From: Anolis carolinensis
Taxonomy: Eukaryota
Direction of reading: 5' to 3'
NCBI RefSeq assembly: GCF_035594765.1
Contig: NC_085841.1
Span: forward strand, 239,340,689 to 239,404,688
DNA: 64,000 nucleotides
A program made the translations under genes and the position numbers. Under the pieces are notes generated by a model, which saw nothing but the letters and a program-made list of their open reading frames with translations, was not told the DNA's origin and searched no databases. This document shows positions 12,359-25,000 of this stretch, piece by piece. The stretch's first letter is position 1. Each line of letters opens with the position of its first letter.

Positions 12359-13510
12359 TACTGGAGGTTTATATATTTGTGGAGGGAAAGAACTCTTGTC
12401 TGTTGGAGGCAAGTGTGAATGCTAGACTTAATCAACCTTGATTAGCATTGAATAGCCTTGCAGCTTCAAGGGCTGGCTGATTCCTGCCCGGGGGATCAAT
12501 TGTTGGGAGGTGTTAGCTGGCCCTGATTGTTTCATGCCTGGGATCCCTCAAACACGAATCAAGGAAATGAAAGGCACTGCAGACTAGCGGAACCAGAGAA
12601 GCCATCCATAGCAGAGCACTGGACACAGCATATTATTTGAGAACACATAAATGCTGAACCACTCTAACAACCACCATGTCAGACAAGTCCACAAGTACCA
12701 CATTTAATATTACCTCAAAATTTAGTATCCTGCACTTAAGAGCCATGGAGATCCATATGTGGAGAATTTCAACAGAAAGGAGGAAACCATGAAAATGAAC
12801 AAAATCTGGCTACCAGTATTATTTTTTTTTAAAAAAATCTAAATTCAGGACAGTAAATAAAGAACAACACTCAGAAGACAGGGAAATTCCACACATGCAA
12901 CAATCAGGGCCAGCTAACAGCGACCAACAAAGGATCCCCCTGGCAGGAATCGGCCAGACCTTGTAGCTGCAAGGCTTTTCAATGGTGATTAATTACAACA
13001 TTCACGCCCACCTCAAGCAGACAAGAGTTCTTTCTCCCACCCTGAACATTCCACAGCTATATATATAAACCTCACTTGCCTAGTTTCCAACAGACCTCAC
13101 AACCTCCGAGGATGCCTGCCCTAGATGTGGGCGAAACGTCAGGAGAGAATGCTTCTGGAACGTGGCCAGACAGCCCGTGGCCAGACAGCCCAGTTAAGGC
13201 CTTTCTTGGGCGCGCTTTCGTGATGCCTGCTCCGCTCCCTTTTGGCCAAGGGCCGCAAAGGGCTCCTTGCGTCGAAGCCCAGCGGGCTCCCGGCGGGGGG
13301 GAAAGGGAGGCCTCGCTCGCCCCCGCGTCTATCCTTATTATGTCACAAACCACAAATGGCCTTCGCTCCGTGCGGCGGCCGAGGGGGCCCGCGCACGGCT
13401 TATGTTGACGGGAAGCGCGTCCACACACGAACTATATTGGTGCCTGTTCCCACCTCTTCGCGAAGGCGGGAATATCAATTGAGGAGGTTTCCCCCCCCCC
13501 CTCTCTAAAG

Positions 13511-13712
13511 CAGGCATGGGCAAAGTTGGGCCCTCCCTCCAGGTGTTTTGGAGTTCAAATCTCACCATTCCTCACAGCCTCAGGCCCTTTCCTTTTCCCC
13601 CTCAGCCGCTTAAGCGGCTGAGGGGGAAAAGGAAGGGGCCTGAGGCTGTGAGGAATGGTGAGATTCGAACTCCAAAACACCTGGAGGGAAGGCTAAAGTT
13701 TGCCCACGCCCG
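13511..13712. mobile_element. Palindromic hAT-type MITE
   Basis: Ends CAGGCATGGGCAAA / TTTGCCCACGCCCG; near-perfect fold-back centred on GCTTAAGC (~13611); perfect 8-bp TSD CTCTAAAG at 13503-13510 and 13713-13720. Confidence 0.9.
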
Positions 13713-13934
13713 CTCTAAAGTGACATTAGTCAATTTACTAATGGGGAAAAAGATGTAAACATGCAGACCGAGAGGAGCCGAAGCACCTCCCATTTTTGGA
13801 CGGAAGGGTGTTTCACATTATAGGGATCCGCGAGTGTCAGTAGGCAGAAGAAGGCGGGAACAAGGGCCCCCCTTTTCTCCCCCAAACGCTTGCACGTCGT
13901 AGAGAAATCTGAACTAAGCAATACTTTTCTTTGA

Positions 13935-14127
13935 GGAATGGCAGCCGGCGTCTTGGTTTGACCACCGAGGCCGCGGTCTGAATCGCTGCTCGGCTAGGAA
14001 ACCCACTGGGGAACCTTGAGCGAGTCACCCTCTCTCGGCCTCCGAGGAAAGCTCTCCTGAGGAAATCTTGGCAGTGAAATGGTGTGGCGGGTTCGCCTTC
14101 GGGACGGCTTGGCTCGGGAACAACAAT
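13935..14127 (+). mobile_element. Old tRNA/CORE-type SINE (POMSINE-like), diverged
   Basis: gctcggctaggaaacccactggggaaccttgagcgagtcaccctctctcggcctc ... aaatcttggca ... ttcgcctt ... aacaacaa matches the recalled lizard SINE layout. Confidence 0.55.
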
Positions 14128-14299
14128 CGGGATGGAAAGCGAAAATGGGGTGTGAGGAAAGAGCTCATTCCGATCCTGTATTACCAGTATGAAATACCTA
14201 CCAGTATTTAATACTTTTCAAGGCAGTCCAGCATGTCCCACATTGCAGCAGTCTATTCCAGATATTTTTTATTACCAGTATTTAATACTGGTAATGAAA

Positions 14300-14992
14300 T
14301 ACCTACCAGTATTTTTTTTTTAAAAAAATCTAAAATCAGGACAGTAAATAAAGAACAAGACTCAGAAGACAGAGGAATTCCAGACAAGAAACAATCAGGG
14401 CCAGCTAACACCCCCCAACAAAGGATTCCCCCAGGCAGTAAGCAGCCAGACCTCGAAGCTGAAAGGCTAATCAATCAAGGTGGCCAATTGCAACATTCAC
14501 ACTTGCCTCAGGCAGACAAGAGTTCTTTCTCCCACCCTGGACCTTCCACAGATATATAAGCTCCACTTTCACAGTTTTTCACCCAGGCAGATAACAGGCA
14601 GGCTTTGAAGCTGCCAGGATATTCAATGCTAATCAAGCTGGCCAATTGCAACATTCACACTTGCCTCAGGCAGACAAGAGTTCATTCTCCCACCCTGGAA
14701 CTTCCACAGATATATAAGCTCCACTTGCACAGTTTTTCACCCAGGCAGGAAACAGGCAGGCTTTGAAGCTGCCAGGATATTCAATGCTAATCAAGCTGGC
14801 CAATTGCAACATTCACACTTGCCTCAGGCAGACAACAGTTCTTTCTCCCACCCAGAGATATATAAACGCCACTTGACTATTTTCCAATATACCTCACAAC
14901 CTCTGAGGATGCCTGCCATACATGTGGGTGCAATGTCAAGAGAAAATGCTTCTGGAACATGGCCATACAGCCCAGAATACTCACAGCAATCC
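14300..14992 (+). mobile_element. Penelope-like 3' fragment with an internal 158-bp triplication
   Basis: Collinear with 12810-13190; ggccaattgcaacattcacacttgcctcaggcagacaa recurs at 14482, 14640 and 14798; ends in a decayed pLTR/hammerhead motif. Confidence 0.85.
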
Positions 14993-15551
14993 AATCTTTG
15001 GTATCTTTTTAATGGCATCTTAACAGTCCATTATTCTCTTTTTATGAAACCAGCCACCAGAATCATCACCCCTGATGATGCTTATGGCATCTTCAGTGGG
15101 CCACTAACATTTTTCACAGCATGAAAAGAATGAAGGTTCATGCCAGATATATGTTTGGATAGTGTACTAATGACAAAAATTGAGTTTGGGAGGCTCTGCC
15201 GGCTTTGGTCTACCACTGGTACAACTCTTCAGCCTCCCTGCTCCAGGGATTTTTCAGGCCGTATGTGACACCACCAACAAGCCTCAAGCTCACCTCTTGT
15301 TGGTTACTATCCTTAACCAATTGGTAAGGATACCACAACAGATCTCAGGCTCCTCTGGCCTTTTTACAATTTAAGCTCTCACACACACAGTCATATTCAG
15401 AAGTAAACCCTGCCCTTGTTCTTCATCCTTAAAAAATAAATTGTACCCAGGGCTGGTTGCCCCTTCCAGAGACCTTCTTGCCTTCATTGCCACTGCCCCC
15501 TCTTTTTTCCCCACTTCCCAGTTGGTAAAATACGCCCTTATACACTCAGGG

Positions 15552-15760
15552 GTGTATGTGCACCTTCAAGCCACCTGTTGACTTATGATGACCCCAATGA
15601 ATTTCCTAGGGTTTTCTAAAGTAAGGAATACTCAGAAGTCGGTATGCCAGTTCCCTTTGTCCAAAATATAGCCTACAACTCCTGGTTTTCATTTACTCAT
15701 CCAAGCATTAACCTGATCTGACCTCACAGACCTTCCAAGATTAAATGGGATCTGGTACCT
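15552..15760 (-). mobile_element. 5S rRNA-derived SINE (SINE3 / 5S-Sauria-like), decayed
   Basis: Reverse strand ccagatcccatttaatcttggaag..ggtcagatcaggttaatgcttggatg..accaggagttgtaggct aligns with 5S rRNA and is followed by an RTE-type tail (cataagtcaacaggtggcttgaaggtgcacataca). Confidence 0.65.
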
Positions 15761-15994
15761 TCGGGATACTTTCCTTCCAAAGCCTGACACCCCCCCACCC
15801 CCCTTCTTGCTTTTAAACAACACAACTCTGCTACCATAAAACTGTGGCACAAGGATCCATTCTGCTTGGACCATGGCCTGCTATGAGGGACAATCATTCA
15901 TTGGCTAACTACCTTCCCTGGGAGCTTAGCTGAATCTTCACATTAGCATTCTCTCTCCCCCCGCACCTCCCTGCCAAGATTTCATTTCTAACTC

Positions 15995-16180
15995 TAAGAG
16001 ACTCCAAGCACCATCTAGTCAACCCCATTCTGCAATCTAAGCATCCCCGACAGATGGCCATCTAGCCTCTGTTTAAAAACCTTCAGCTTTTTAAACAGAG
16101 CCTGGATGTCCATCTATCATCCACCTTAAACTCCAATTCTTCCTTGTGTTTAAGGTGGAATTCCTTTTTCTAATTTCCAA
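15995..16180 (-). mobile_element. CR1 LINE 3' fragment
   Basis: catctagtcaacccc..cagatggccatctagcctctgtttaaaaacct..tgtttaaggtggaatt resembles the other minus-strand CR1 3' ends in this window. Confidence 0.6.
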
Positions 16181-16846
16181 GAAACAATATAAGAACCATT
16201 CATATTTTAATGCAAAGTGTTTGCCTTGAACAGAAAGCAAATACCAAGGTGCTCCCAAATACTTTGCTCTAAAAGAGCAATGGCTCATATGTCATTTATT
16301 GGAAAATCAATTTCATTCAAGATCCATTAGCTCCACAAAAGACCCACCCTTGCCAATAGTGAAAAAAGGTTAGACCTGTTCTATTAATATGGATAAATGC
16401 TGCAATACTGTACTGTATTTTGGACATTCTTTGTGGATGTGGCTATAGCAGCTGTCATGATGAATGCTTGAAATTCAAACTACACTGCCACTGGAAGATT
16501 ATCCTGTTATAAGTTAAACAACTTCATATATAATGACTAAGCAACACATATCATGCAACAAATTTTTGGGAAAATAGAAATGTAGCATAGAGTGGTGGAT
16601 ACTTCTGCATATTTGGGAACTGCATTAATTGAACTGAATGGGGTTAGAACAAATATTAGAACAAAACAGGCCATTTCATAAAATGTGTGCAAGAAATCCA
16701 GATTAATCATAGTTGAAACTAAATAGAAAGTTGTAGCGATCCCATTTTCTACGAGTGTACTTGCACAATATGTTTGCTGCACACACTTTTTCCAGAATTT
16801 AAAGTATACATGAAATGCATCTCAGTCGTAAACCTAAAATACATGT

Positions 16847-17061
16847 GTTGTTGAAGGCTTTCATGGCGGGGATCACAGGATTGTTGTATGTATTCTGGAC
16901 TGTATGGCCATGTTCCAGAAGTATTCTCTCCTGACGTTTCACCCACATCTATGGCAGGCATCCTCACAACCTCTGAGGATGCCTGCCATAGATGTGGGCA
17001 AAATGTCAGGAGAGAATACTTCTGGAACATGGCCATACATCCCGGAATACATACAACAACT
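16847..17061. mobile_element. Penelope pLTR inverted-repeat mini-insertion
   Basis: ~86-bp inverted arms (16881-16966 and 16974-17059) around a 7-nt spacer; 13-bp direct repeat CTAAAATACATGT at 16834-16846 and 17062-17074. Confidence 0.88.
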
Positions 17062-19047
17062 CTAAAATACATGTCATTAATCTCTGCATGTTTTGTTAGC
17101 ATTTGCCACTGTTAAACATATATGGGCCTTATTTTACTGTCTCCTCTTCCCCGACATTTCTGGCAGAGGGACAGAGAAGTCAAAAGAACAGGCAAATAGC
17201 AGACAGCTTCCCCCCTTTTTCTTTTAAAGTAAGCCAAGCACCTTTAAACCTGCCTGGATTATAATGTTGCTCCTCTACTGCTCTTCAAGAACTCTTGTTC
17301 TGAGATTCTCCCCTGGACGACTTTCCGGCCCTTTTAAGGCTGCATGTGGCCAGTGGCAGCAGTGAACAAGAGCCAGCTTGGGGGCTGCCTGAGCCCTGGC
17401 TCCTGGCTCTATGCTGGCTGGATTTGGCAACCTCCCTCTTCCAGGAACTTTCTAGCTCCCTGATTCAGATGCTGCCAGCTGGACACCAAGCCCCATGCCT
17501 AAAGGGGTTCCAATCGACGACTATCATTAATTTTGATCTAATTGAAGGGATTGTGGCTGCAGAGCCCAGCTGGTCACGGCATGCGCTCTCTGCCTCATGC
17601 CAAGCCAGATCTCCTGGACCTGCGGCTGAGACGGCAAGAGAAAGACAGGAGTTGGGGGTGGTTGGTGCTCTGCCTGTGCAGCTTGTTATTGCAGGCAGGT
17701 CAGGCTCTCGATAAGGGCAGCAGGCAGGCAGCACCGCTTTGGGGAGATCCGGGATGACAAGACGTCCAGTCCAATTATGTGTGTAGCGCCAAAGAGACTG
17801 GTGCAGCCATCAAGGTTGGTTCCTCTGCTCTCTGTTTGGAGAAGGCTAAAAGGAATGAAGAACATGGGATGTGGGAGGGGGTGAATGAGAGAGACAGTGG
17901 GGGCAGTGGGGAAAGAATAACACTTACATTTGGGTCTATACACACAGCATCAGTTAGGTAAAAGGCTTCGAAAACACATATCTGAAATGTACATTATGAG
18001 AAAAGCAGTCCAGCAATCCAGAGAGGAACATGGATGTGAACTCCTGAATGAATGTGTACACCAAAGCAGAGATTAAGGGCTAGGATTTTCTTTCTGTTAA
18101 TTGTAGGTCCCATCTCTGTTCCTAGGTGCATATACACATGTTTATGGTATTTGTATAGAATTTGGACCCAAATCCTTACAACCCAAGATTTATAATTATG
18201 CCAAGCAGGAAGTTCTTTCAGAGGATATTGTGGTGGTAGGGCTGCCTTTGTTAGTGCTCCATGCCAATGCGGTTTGGGTTGTTCTTTCAAACATGCATGC
18301 CATCAATGCTGCCATACTGTGTCTGCACATGTGTACCTGCTTGAGAACTAAACAGATGCTCATATGTCACCAAGTGCTGCCATGTGGAAAATCATAAAAA
18401 TTTGAGACAAATATTGGAATGAAATGAAAAAAAAGGGAAAATGTGCCTGCATCTGAAAATGAAACTTCAATCATATGTTTTATCTCTCTCCATACTAAGC
18501 AGCAACAGATTGGTAGGTATCACTTTTGCATACATTTCCACTTCTGTCCATGCTGAAATGCTTTCTTTCTTTAGGATGCTTTGTCTAAGCCAGGAGTGGG
18601 CGATCCATACCACCTTCAAATAATGTTGTATTTCATTTTCCATCAGCCAGGATGTCAATGGAAACGAAGGATGAGAAGGATATTTTTTTATTGGATTGTA
18701 TAAGTAGAGTATAACTTATCGCCATTATATTACAGAAGTATTAAGGAAACAAAATCAACCATTACAGGAAGAAGAAATTACACACCCTTCTAGTAGAATT
18801 CATTTTCTGCTCCTTTCTAATTCCATCTTAGTCTCCTACTTATACCTATCTCCTCTCTCCCCCTCCCTCCGGGAACAGTTGTGATTCTATTTCAGCTTTT
18901 AATCTATTTGTTGGATCATGGAGATGGTCCAATTTAGTTTCTTGTATTTTCTTTCCCCATTCACTCTGGCTATCAGTTCTTTCTATTTCGAGACCCAGTT
19001 TCCCATAGGATAGCCATTTATATAATTATTTTTCTTTTCAATAATAT

Positions 19048-19360
19048 GGGTTACATAAACCACTGAGCTGCTGAACTTGTTGACAGAAAGGTTGGCGGTT
19101 CGAATTTGTGGAGTGGGGTGAGCTCCTGTTAGACCTAGCTTCTGCGACCCTCGCAGTTCGAAAACATGCAAATGTGAGTAGATCAATAGGTACCGCTCCA
19201 GTGTGAAGCTAACGGTGCTCCATGCAGTCATGCTGGCCACAGGACCTTGGAGGCGCCTACGGACAACGCTGGTTCTTCGGCTTAGAAATCGAGATGAAAA
19301 CCAGCCCCCCCGAGTCGGGCACAATTAGACTTAAATGTTAAGGGGAAAACTTTACCTTTA
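19048..19360 (+). mobile_element. Sauria SINE, 5'-truncated
   Basis: Collinear with 12048-12358, including ggttcgaat, gcagttcgaaaacatgcaaatgtgagtagatcaatagg and the actttaccttta tail. Confidence 0.88.
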
Positions 19361-21404
19361 ATATAATCATGGAGCATATAGTCTACTAATATATAGTTTA
19401 CAATTTATTTTTGCCATTTTTGTACTTTTCCTTTCTAGATATTAGTCAACAACAGGAGAGCTGCAGATTTCCTGTCCCTGGCCTAAGCAGTTTTGGTTGA
19501 AGAGTATCAGAATGGCAGACATCAGGTTGTATGCTATTTTCTCAAGATTACACTGCATCCAAAATGGCTTACTGTTATATCAGAAAAAATACACAAATAT
19601 TTCCAGATAATTAAGTGACAATTGTAGGCCAGTCCCACCTGGATAATTTCTAGGCAGCTTCAGCAGCCTTTGTGGCTGAAATTAACCAGGATTTGCCCCC
19701 ACAGAGCGGGTGGAAAAAAAAGTAGACAGAGGAACAAACATGGTTTGCAGTTAGAGAAAAGCTCGCTTCCCAATTTTTCTTACTAAGTGGGGAGGCTTGG
19801 AAGCTGTGATCTATTAAATACTGGCATAACTGAGTGAATCTCTGCTTAAAGTTAGAGCGCTGTAAGGGGCTGCAATTTTGGTCCTGAAGGAAATATATTT
19901 GCATTTACTATCTTTGGCGTTGAAGGAGCTGGGGCTGCCACTACAAAAGAGACAGGCACAAATGTTCATAAATCGATGAACACCATATTGTGGAATGAGC
20001 ACGTGAGCCATAGCAAGAGTAAAATAGCATCCATTGTCACAATCCAGAAGTGCAGCGCAGTTGCTAACCATCATGAATAATGGAGGAATGGACAGATAAA
20101 CATACAAATGATGTATGAATGTATGGAAGAATTTATATTCCGTGAGAACGCAAAAGCAAGAACTGCTCACCTGAACTCTGAACAGCAGGGCAAATACTGA
20201 ACTGAGATTTCATTAATAATCAGTGCCTTAGTAAAACAAAATTTTATGGGTGCAAAACATCTCTGTCTCCCTCTTGGATAGGAGAAAAGATGCTGTCCCA
20301 AACATCAGCTTTACATATAGGTCAGGAGTGCATGAACTGCAACTTCAAACAGGTTACTGGGAGTCTTTTGTGTAAGTCATAAAGTATGACTTAAAATTGG
20401 TTGTTAAAAAACAGGACTGGAGGGAATAGGTTTTGAGGGGGAGAAACTTTCCCCAAAAAACAATTTTATTTGTATGCTAGGTCATACACAAGGCCAAGAG
20501 GCTGTAAATGTTTGTCATAGAATAGGTAAAGCAGATGAATGAGCAGTCTGAAGTCATCTAACTAAATATCGGGGGCTTCCAGTTAAGGCGTGGGTTGCCC
20601 TGTCCCATTCATGGAGTGTAATGGGGTGTGGAGATGATGACATCTTTTGTATTTTCCTGCTGACAAGCTGCTAGGGAGGGAAAAGAGTGTATAGCTTCAT
20701 AATGCCTTTTGATTGTTAATGCTGGTTGCCATGTCCCTTCTGATGGGCAGCAGATACTTAAGGTTTGGGTCACGGAACTTCGCCATTCCTACAGAGATCT
20801 TTCAAGGGAGAAGCCAAGAATTGGACCAGGACACTGTTCAAGGCAAAGCATATTCTCTTCTAATACCCTATAATTTCTCCCTCCTCTTTTCCTCTGGGGA
20901 CACAGATAGTACAGATTTTTGTTATACAGTACTACTGGTTCAAAGCATCAAAGCTACATTATTTTGATAGTGCAATCCAGGGTTTGCATGCAGGAGGCAT
21001 GTGCCCTTTAGTACAAGCTGGCATAACTGTATCTGTGTCTAACTCGGCCTAGACCTGAGTCTAAAATGAAAGTAAAGCTTAGAGAAACAACATTTTTAGG
21101 TGAGAGAAGGGTCATTTAAAAAAAAAGATGTGTTATGTTTTCTGTTCATAGAAGATTTGCCAAAGTTCCATCACTCTTGCCCTGCACTGAGAGTCTATTG
21201 ATTTGAAACTGCGGGAAGACATTGCCAGAAAATACTAGAATAAAATTTCACAAGTAAACAGAGTGAAGAAAAAGACCCTCTGGGAAGTTCTGAAGCTGTC
21301 TCCTTAGGACAGCTGTGTGGCTAAACATATAGCTTTTTTTAACATGATACAAGAACCCGCAGGAGATCTGACTTTTTAATGTAAAAGATTTGTATGTTTT
21401 TTTT

Positions 21405-21810
21405 TACTTATTTACATCATGTATGTCATGCTCAGCACTTTTCATCTCCTCCTCCACAAGCAACTGAAAAATTAAAAAGGAAAAGATAAAGTTATCCAAT
21501 AACACACAACAATTTAGAGGAGTGAAATACACAAAAACAGTGGCATCATAATAAAAAACTATAAAGATGCTGTGTCCAAAAGCACAATTAAAGAGCCAGG
21601 TTCTCTTTGCCTTCTGGAAGACAAGCAGTAACTGTCTGCTGGATCTCCTTTGAGAGCAAATCCCTCTTGAAGATGGAAAGAGCAAAATCCCTCTTTGGCC
21701 TGAGTGCACAAAGAGATGCACTTGTCATAAGAATATTCTTTAGATATCCTGGCCTCAAAGAGTGGTCTGTTGTTGATTCCTGGTATAAAACTTTGCAGTG
21801 GCATTGCAAT
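21405..21810 (-). mobile_element. Decayed L2-type LINE 3' fragment
   Basis: Reverse strand ggagatccagcagacagttactgcttgtcttccagaaggcaaagagaacctggctcttt followed by a T-rich 3' UTR ending gtaaataagtaaa. Confidence 0.45.
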
Positions 21811-22581
21811 CCTTTTACTAGTCACTACTGACATTTTTTATTTTTAAGATTTGTTTAGCAAGCAGTTGCTTAGTGAGGGGGTAAATGCACTCTGTATATG
21901 CACAAAACATTACCTAACCGAGGTCTTCTACTTTCCTGCAACATTTTATAAAATTGATTTAATAATGGCTGGTCTTTCTACACTGCAGGCACTTGGCAGC
22001 TGTTTTGAGCCTCCAGAGTAAAAAGGTAATGATTCTTATTCTCCACCTTAATTCTGCCTAGAAGGAAGCAGAAACTAATTTGCCTGTAGCTTTGGCCAAC
22101 ATACAGTCATGGTCAACTCAAAATACTTTTTTCCTGTTTTAAGCCTAGACAGGTTTCTCAGAATCTTACCTGTACTGGTACCACCACCGGCCTCCATACA
22201 CTGCTATTGCCCAAAAACCAGCATGCATCCCCAAATAAGGAGATTTGTATCCCCACTCTCCCCCCAAAAACAGAGCTTTTGGGGGGGGCGCTATATGCCA
22301 TCCCAATTAAAATCAGAATGGCATGCAGCCACCCTGAATCCCCCCAATTTACCCCTAAAAATAAACTAAACTAAAAATAAACTTTCCTCCTCAATCCCTC
22401 CTGGTGCGAGGAAATGACACACCAGGAGATTTGGGGGGGGGGGGGGGTGAGGAGGAAAGCTATTGCAGCCAGGTAAATTTTACTTTATTTTTAGGGCTAA
22501 ATGGGGGATTGGGGAGAGGGGTTGGTTGCCATCCCGGTCTTCCAGGCTTTTGGAAACTCTAAGAAGTGAGATGGTTGTGGG

Positions 22582-22860
22582 CAGGGCCGTAGCCAGAAAA
22601 AAATTTCGGGGGGGGGGGGGGGTTGAAAATTTCGGGCGGGGGGTTAACCCCTAGCACACACCCCTCCCTGCTACAAACCTGTCAATATCTGCTTGAGATA
22701 GTGCCTGGAGGGGCTCTTAATGTTTTGTGTCTCATAGACTTAGCATGGGGATTTGGTTAACCAGTTAAAATTCATGAGTAAACCAGGTTTTTTTTATAAC
22801 CTGAAAAATTTCGGGGGGGGGGGGTTGAACCCCTAAAACCGCCCCCTCGCTATAGGCCTG
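22582..22860. mobile_element. Non-autonomous hAT element with poly-G subterminal tracts
   Basis: Imperfect TIRs CAGGGCCGTAGC / GCTATAGGCCTG; perfect 8-bp TSD GTTGTGGG at 22574-22581 and 22861-22868. Confidence 0.88.
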
Positions 22861-25000
22861 GTTGTGGGGTCTCACCCCCGGGTAGTCCCAGGACTACCTG
22901 GGGGTGAGTCCCCACAGGCCCAATACCCCATTAGACCTGGGCCTTTCAGGCAGGCCTGGATCTAATGGGGTATTTAAATAATTCAGTTTTACCAGAGGCA
23001 TCGTTTGGACACCTCCAGTAAAACTGAGCTAGGTTGCAGGTTTGGGCCCTCCAGCCCATACGACAATATTAAGAGGCGGCAATGGGCTACACTGGTTCAC
23101 TGAATGAAGGCTACTCCATTCCATAATAACCAATGTAGTGTAGGAGCACAAGCTGAAACTGCTATTTAATTATCACCAAGGCTCAAATCAACCTATTGGT
23201 AATGGGAATTCACAAAAACTTTAGATTTATGGTTTCATTTCATTTTTGTTTTGGAAGCAGTAATGGACATCACAAAAGCAAAAAATTATCAAGATTTTTG
23301 AAGTACCTTACTCAATGGTTTGCAATTGTTTGTTTATATCACAGATTTTCCCTGAAACAGCGACTCAAGGTGGCAAAATTATTATTTGACACTCCCTTCT
23401 AAAAAACAAGTGCAAAAATATATAATAGCTGTTTTGCAGGGTGCAGAATATTGAACATAGTCCAGCCTAAGTTTAGCACTGTTAACTTCTTAATGAGGAA
23501 ACGGGCATTTTCCCCATTATAATCAATGGAACTTAAATGTGCCAAATTTAGCCTGGGCAAACTCCACTGTCAGCCCCTGATAATGTGTATTTATACACAG
23601 CATATGCTAGGCCAAAAAAGAGACTTTTATTTTGCATGAACCATATATTACAAAAAACCAAACAAACAACCTAACAATTCATTCAAGAAGAAAATACAAT
23701 ATTACTATGATAGACCATTTTGTTTTTTTCTTGTTATGCCTCAAAGTTTTTTCTTACAGCTTCCTTATTAAGATTTGTGAAAAAGATGATTGCACAGTGT
23801 TGCCCACTAAACCTTATTATGAATTCAAAAAACCAATAAAAGCTAACAAAAAGGGGGAAAATTAAACCCAACCATTTATTCTTGCCTGTCACATTGTTGC
23901 CTTTTGCTGCTATCTTTGTTCATGCAGAGTAATACATAGTCATATGGGGTCTAAGACCTGCATTTTTCTGACCTTTTCATGGGAAAGAAATTACCTCTGT
24001 GGGTCAGAGTTACAGATGTTTAAGGTTCAATGGTTTTAGTAAAACTGGGTTTTGCTTGTTGTGGCTGTTTTTCAAGAAATATTGTCAGTTCTCTACATTA
24101 ACTGGGGTCAGAGGCACAGGATCCCAGCAAAAGATGAAAAACGATGAATTAAAAATGCTATTTATTTTTTACTTGAGAATAAAGAATCTCTAGGACTTCC
24201 AGTGTGACTCTATGGAAATCTTCTGCCAGAAGCTGACCGTAGAGTTGACAGGTTGGGAGCTTTTTCCGTGGGGCCTGTGGATGCAGCCAGGCCCCTGCAG
24301 TAAGTTTATGGGGGAAATGAGGGGCTGGGAGGGGTGCCATCATGCTCCTTTGGCCTCTTAGAGCCCAAAGATCTGCGATGGCAATGGGAATTGGCCTTCG
24401 GGATCACGGAAGGCAATCCCAAGGGTTAATCTCCACAAGCCTCTGGTCGACCAGGGAGAGCATATAGGTCCCTCCCCTCCGGCAAAATCCCAGGGCTTGA
24501 GGCAGCTGTGTGGCTTCAATCCCAAGAGGAGCTGGGATTTAAAATCTCAATTCCTCTCAGGATTTCCCCCCCTTCTGGAAGAGCCCTGAGAAGGCTCTCT
24601 CCAGAGCTCCCATGAATTGAGCTTGCAATGGTGGTGGGATCAAGAGATGAGCCCCTCCTGAGGATCTTAGGGCCTGGGCAGGATCATACCAGGAGATACA
24701 ATCTGATAAATAGCCTCAGCCTGAGACATTTACCAAATTCCCCTCACTCTATTTTTTAAAAAATCAACAAACAACTTGCAATTGAAAAAAAAGAGAAGGA
24801 AAATTACACAAGAGGCGGGCAAGGTTATCCTGCCCACCTAGAAGTGTGGCTTCACATGACTGGGGAATTACAATCGTGCAACACCAGCAGCTGTGCAAAG
24901 CTATCACCATGATGGTAATTATCCTGCATTGTGGGAATCACACATTCAGTGGTAAGCATGTGGTAATGTCCTCAATTGATTCTCTTGTCTTCCTTTAGTC

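Larger units (their letters stand above)
11810..13190. mobile_element. Rearranged Penelope-like retroelement cluster (segments in both orientations; decayed GIY-YIG endonuclease C-terminus near 12550-12820)
   Basis: pLTR motif gaggatgcctgcc..agatgtgggcgaaacgtcaggagagaatgcttctggaac on + at 13108 and on - at 11932-12025. Decayed peptide QTRIKE..RHCRLAEPEK..IAEH..GHSILFENT...NFNRKEETMKMNKIWLPVL. Interrupted by a SINE. Confidence 0.85.
13190..14130. promoter_or_regulatory. Second CpG-rich island upstream of ASIC4
   Basis: Dense CpG (gcgcgc, gcggcggccg, tcgcga) against CpG-depleted flanks. Function is inferred. Confidence 0.55.

Noticed and set aside
15660-15760. Functional 5S rRNA gene
   Set aside because: Heavily diverged and fused to a retroposon tail, so it is a SINE.
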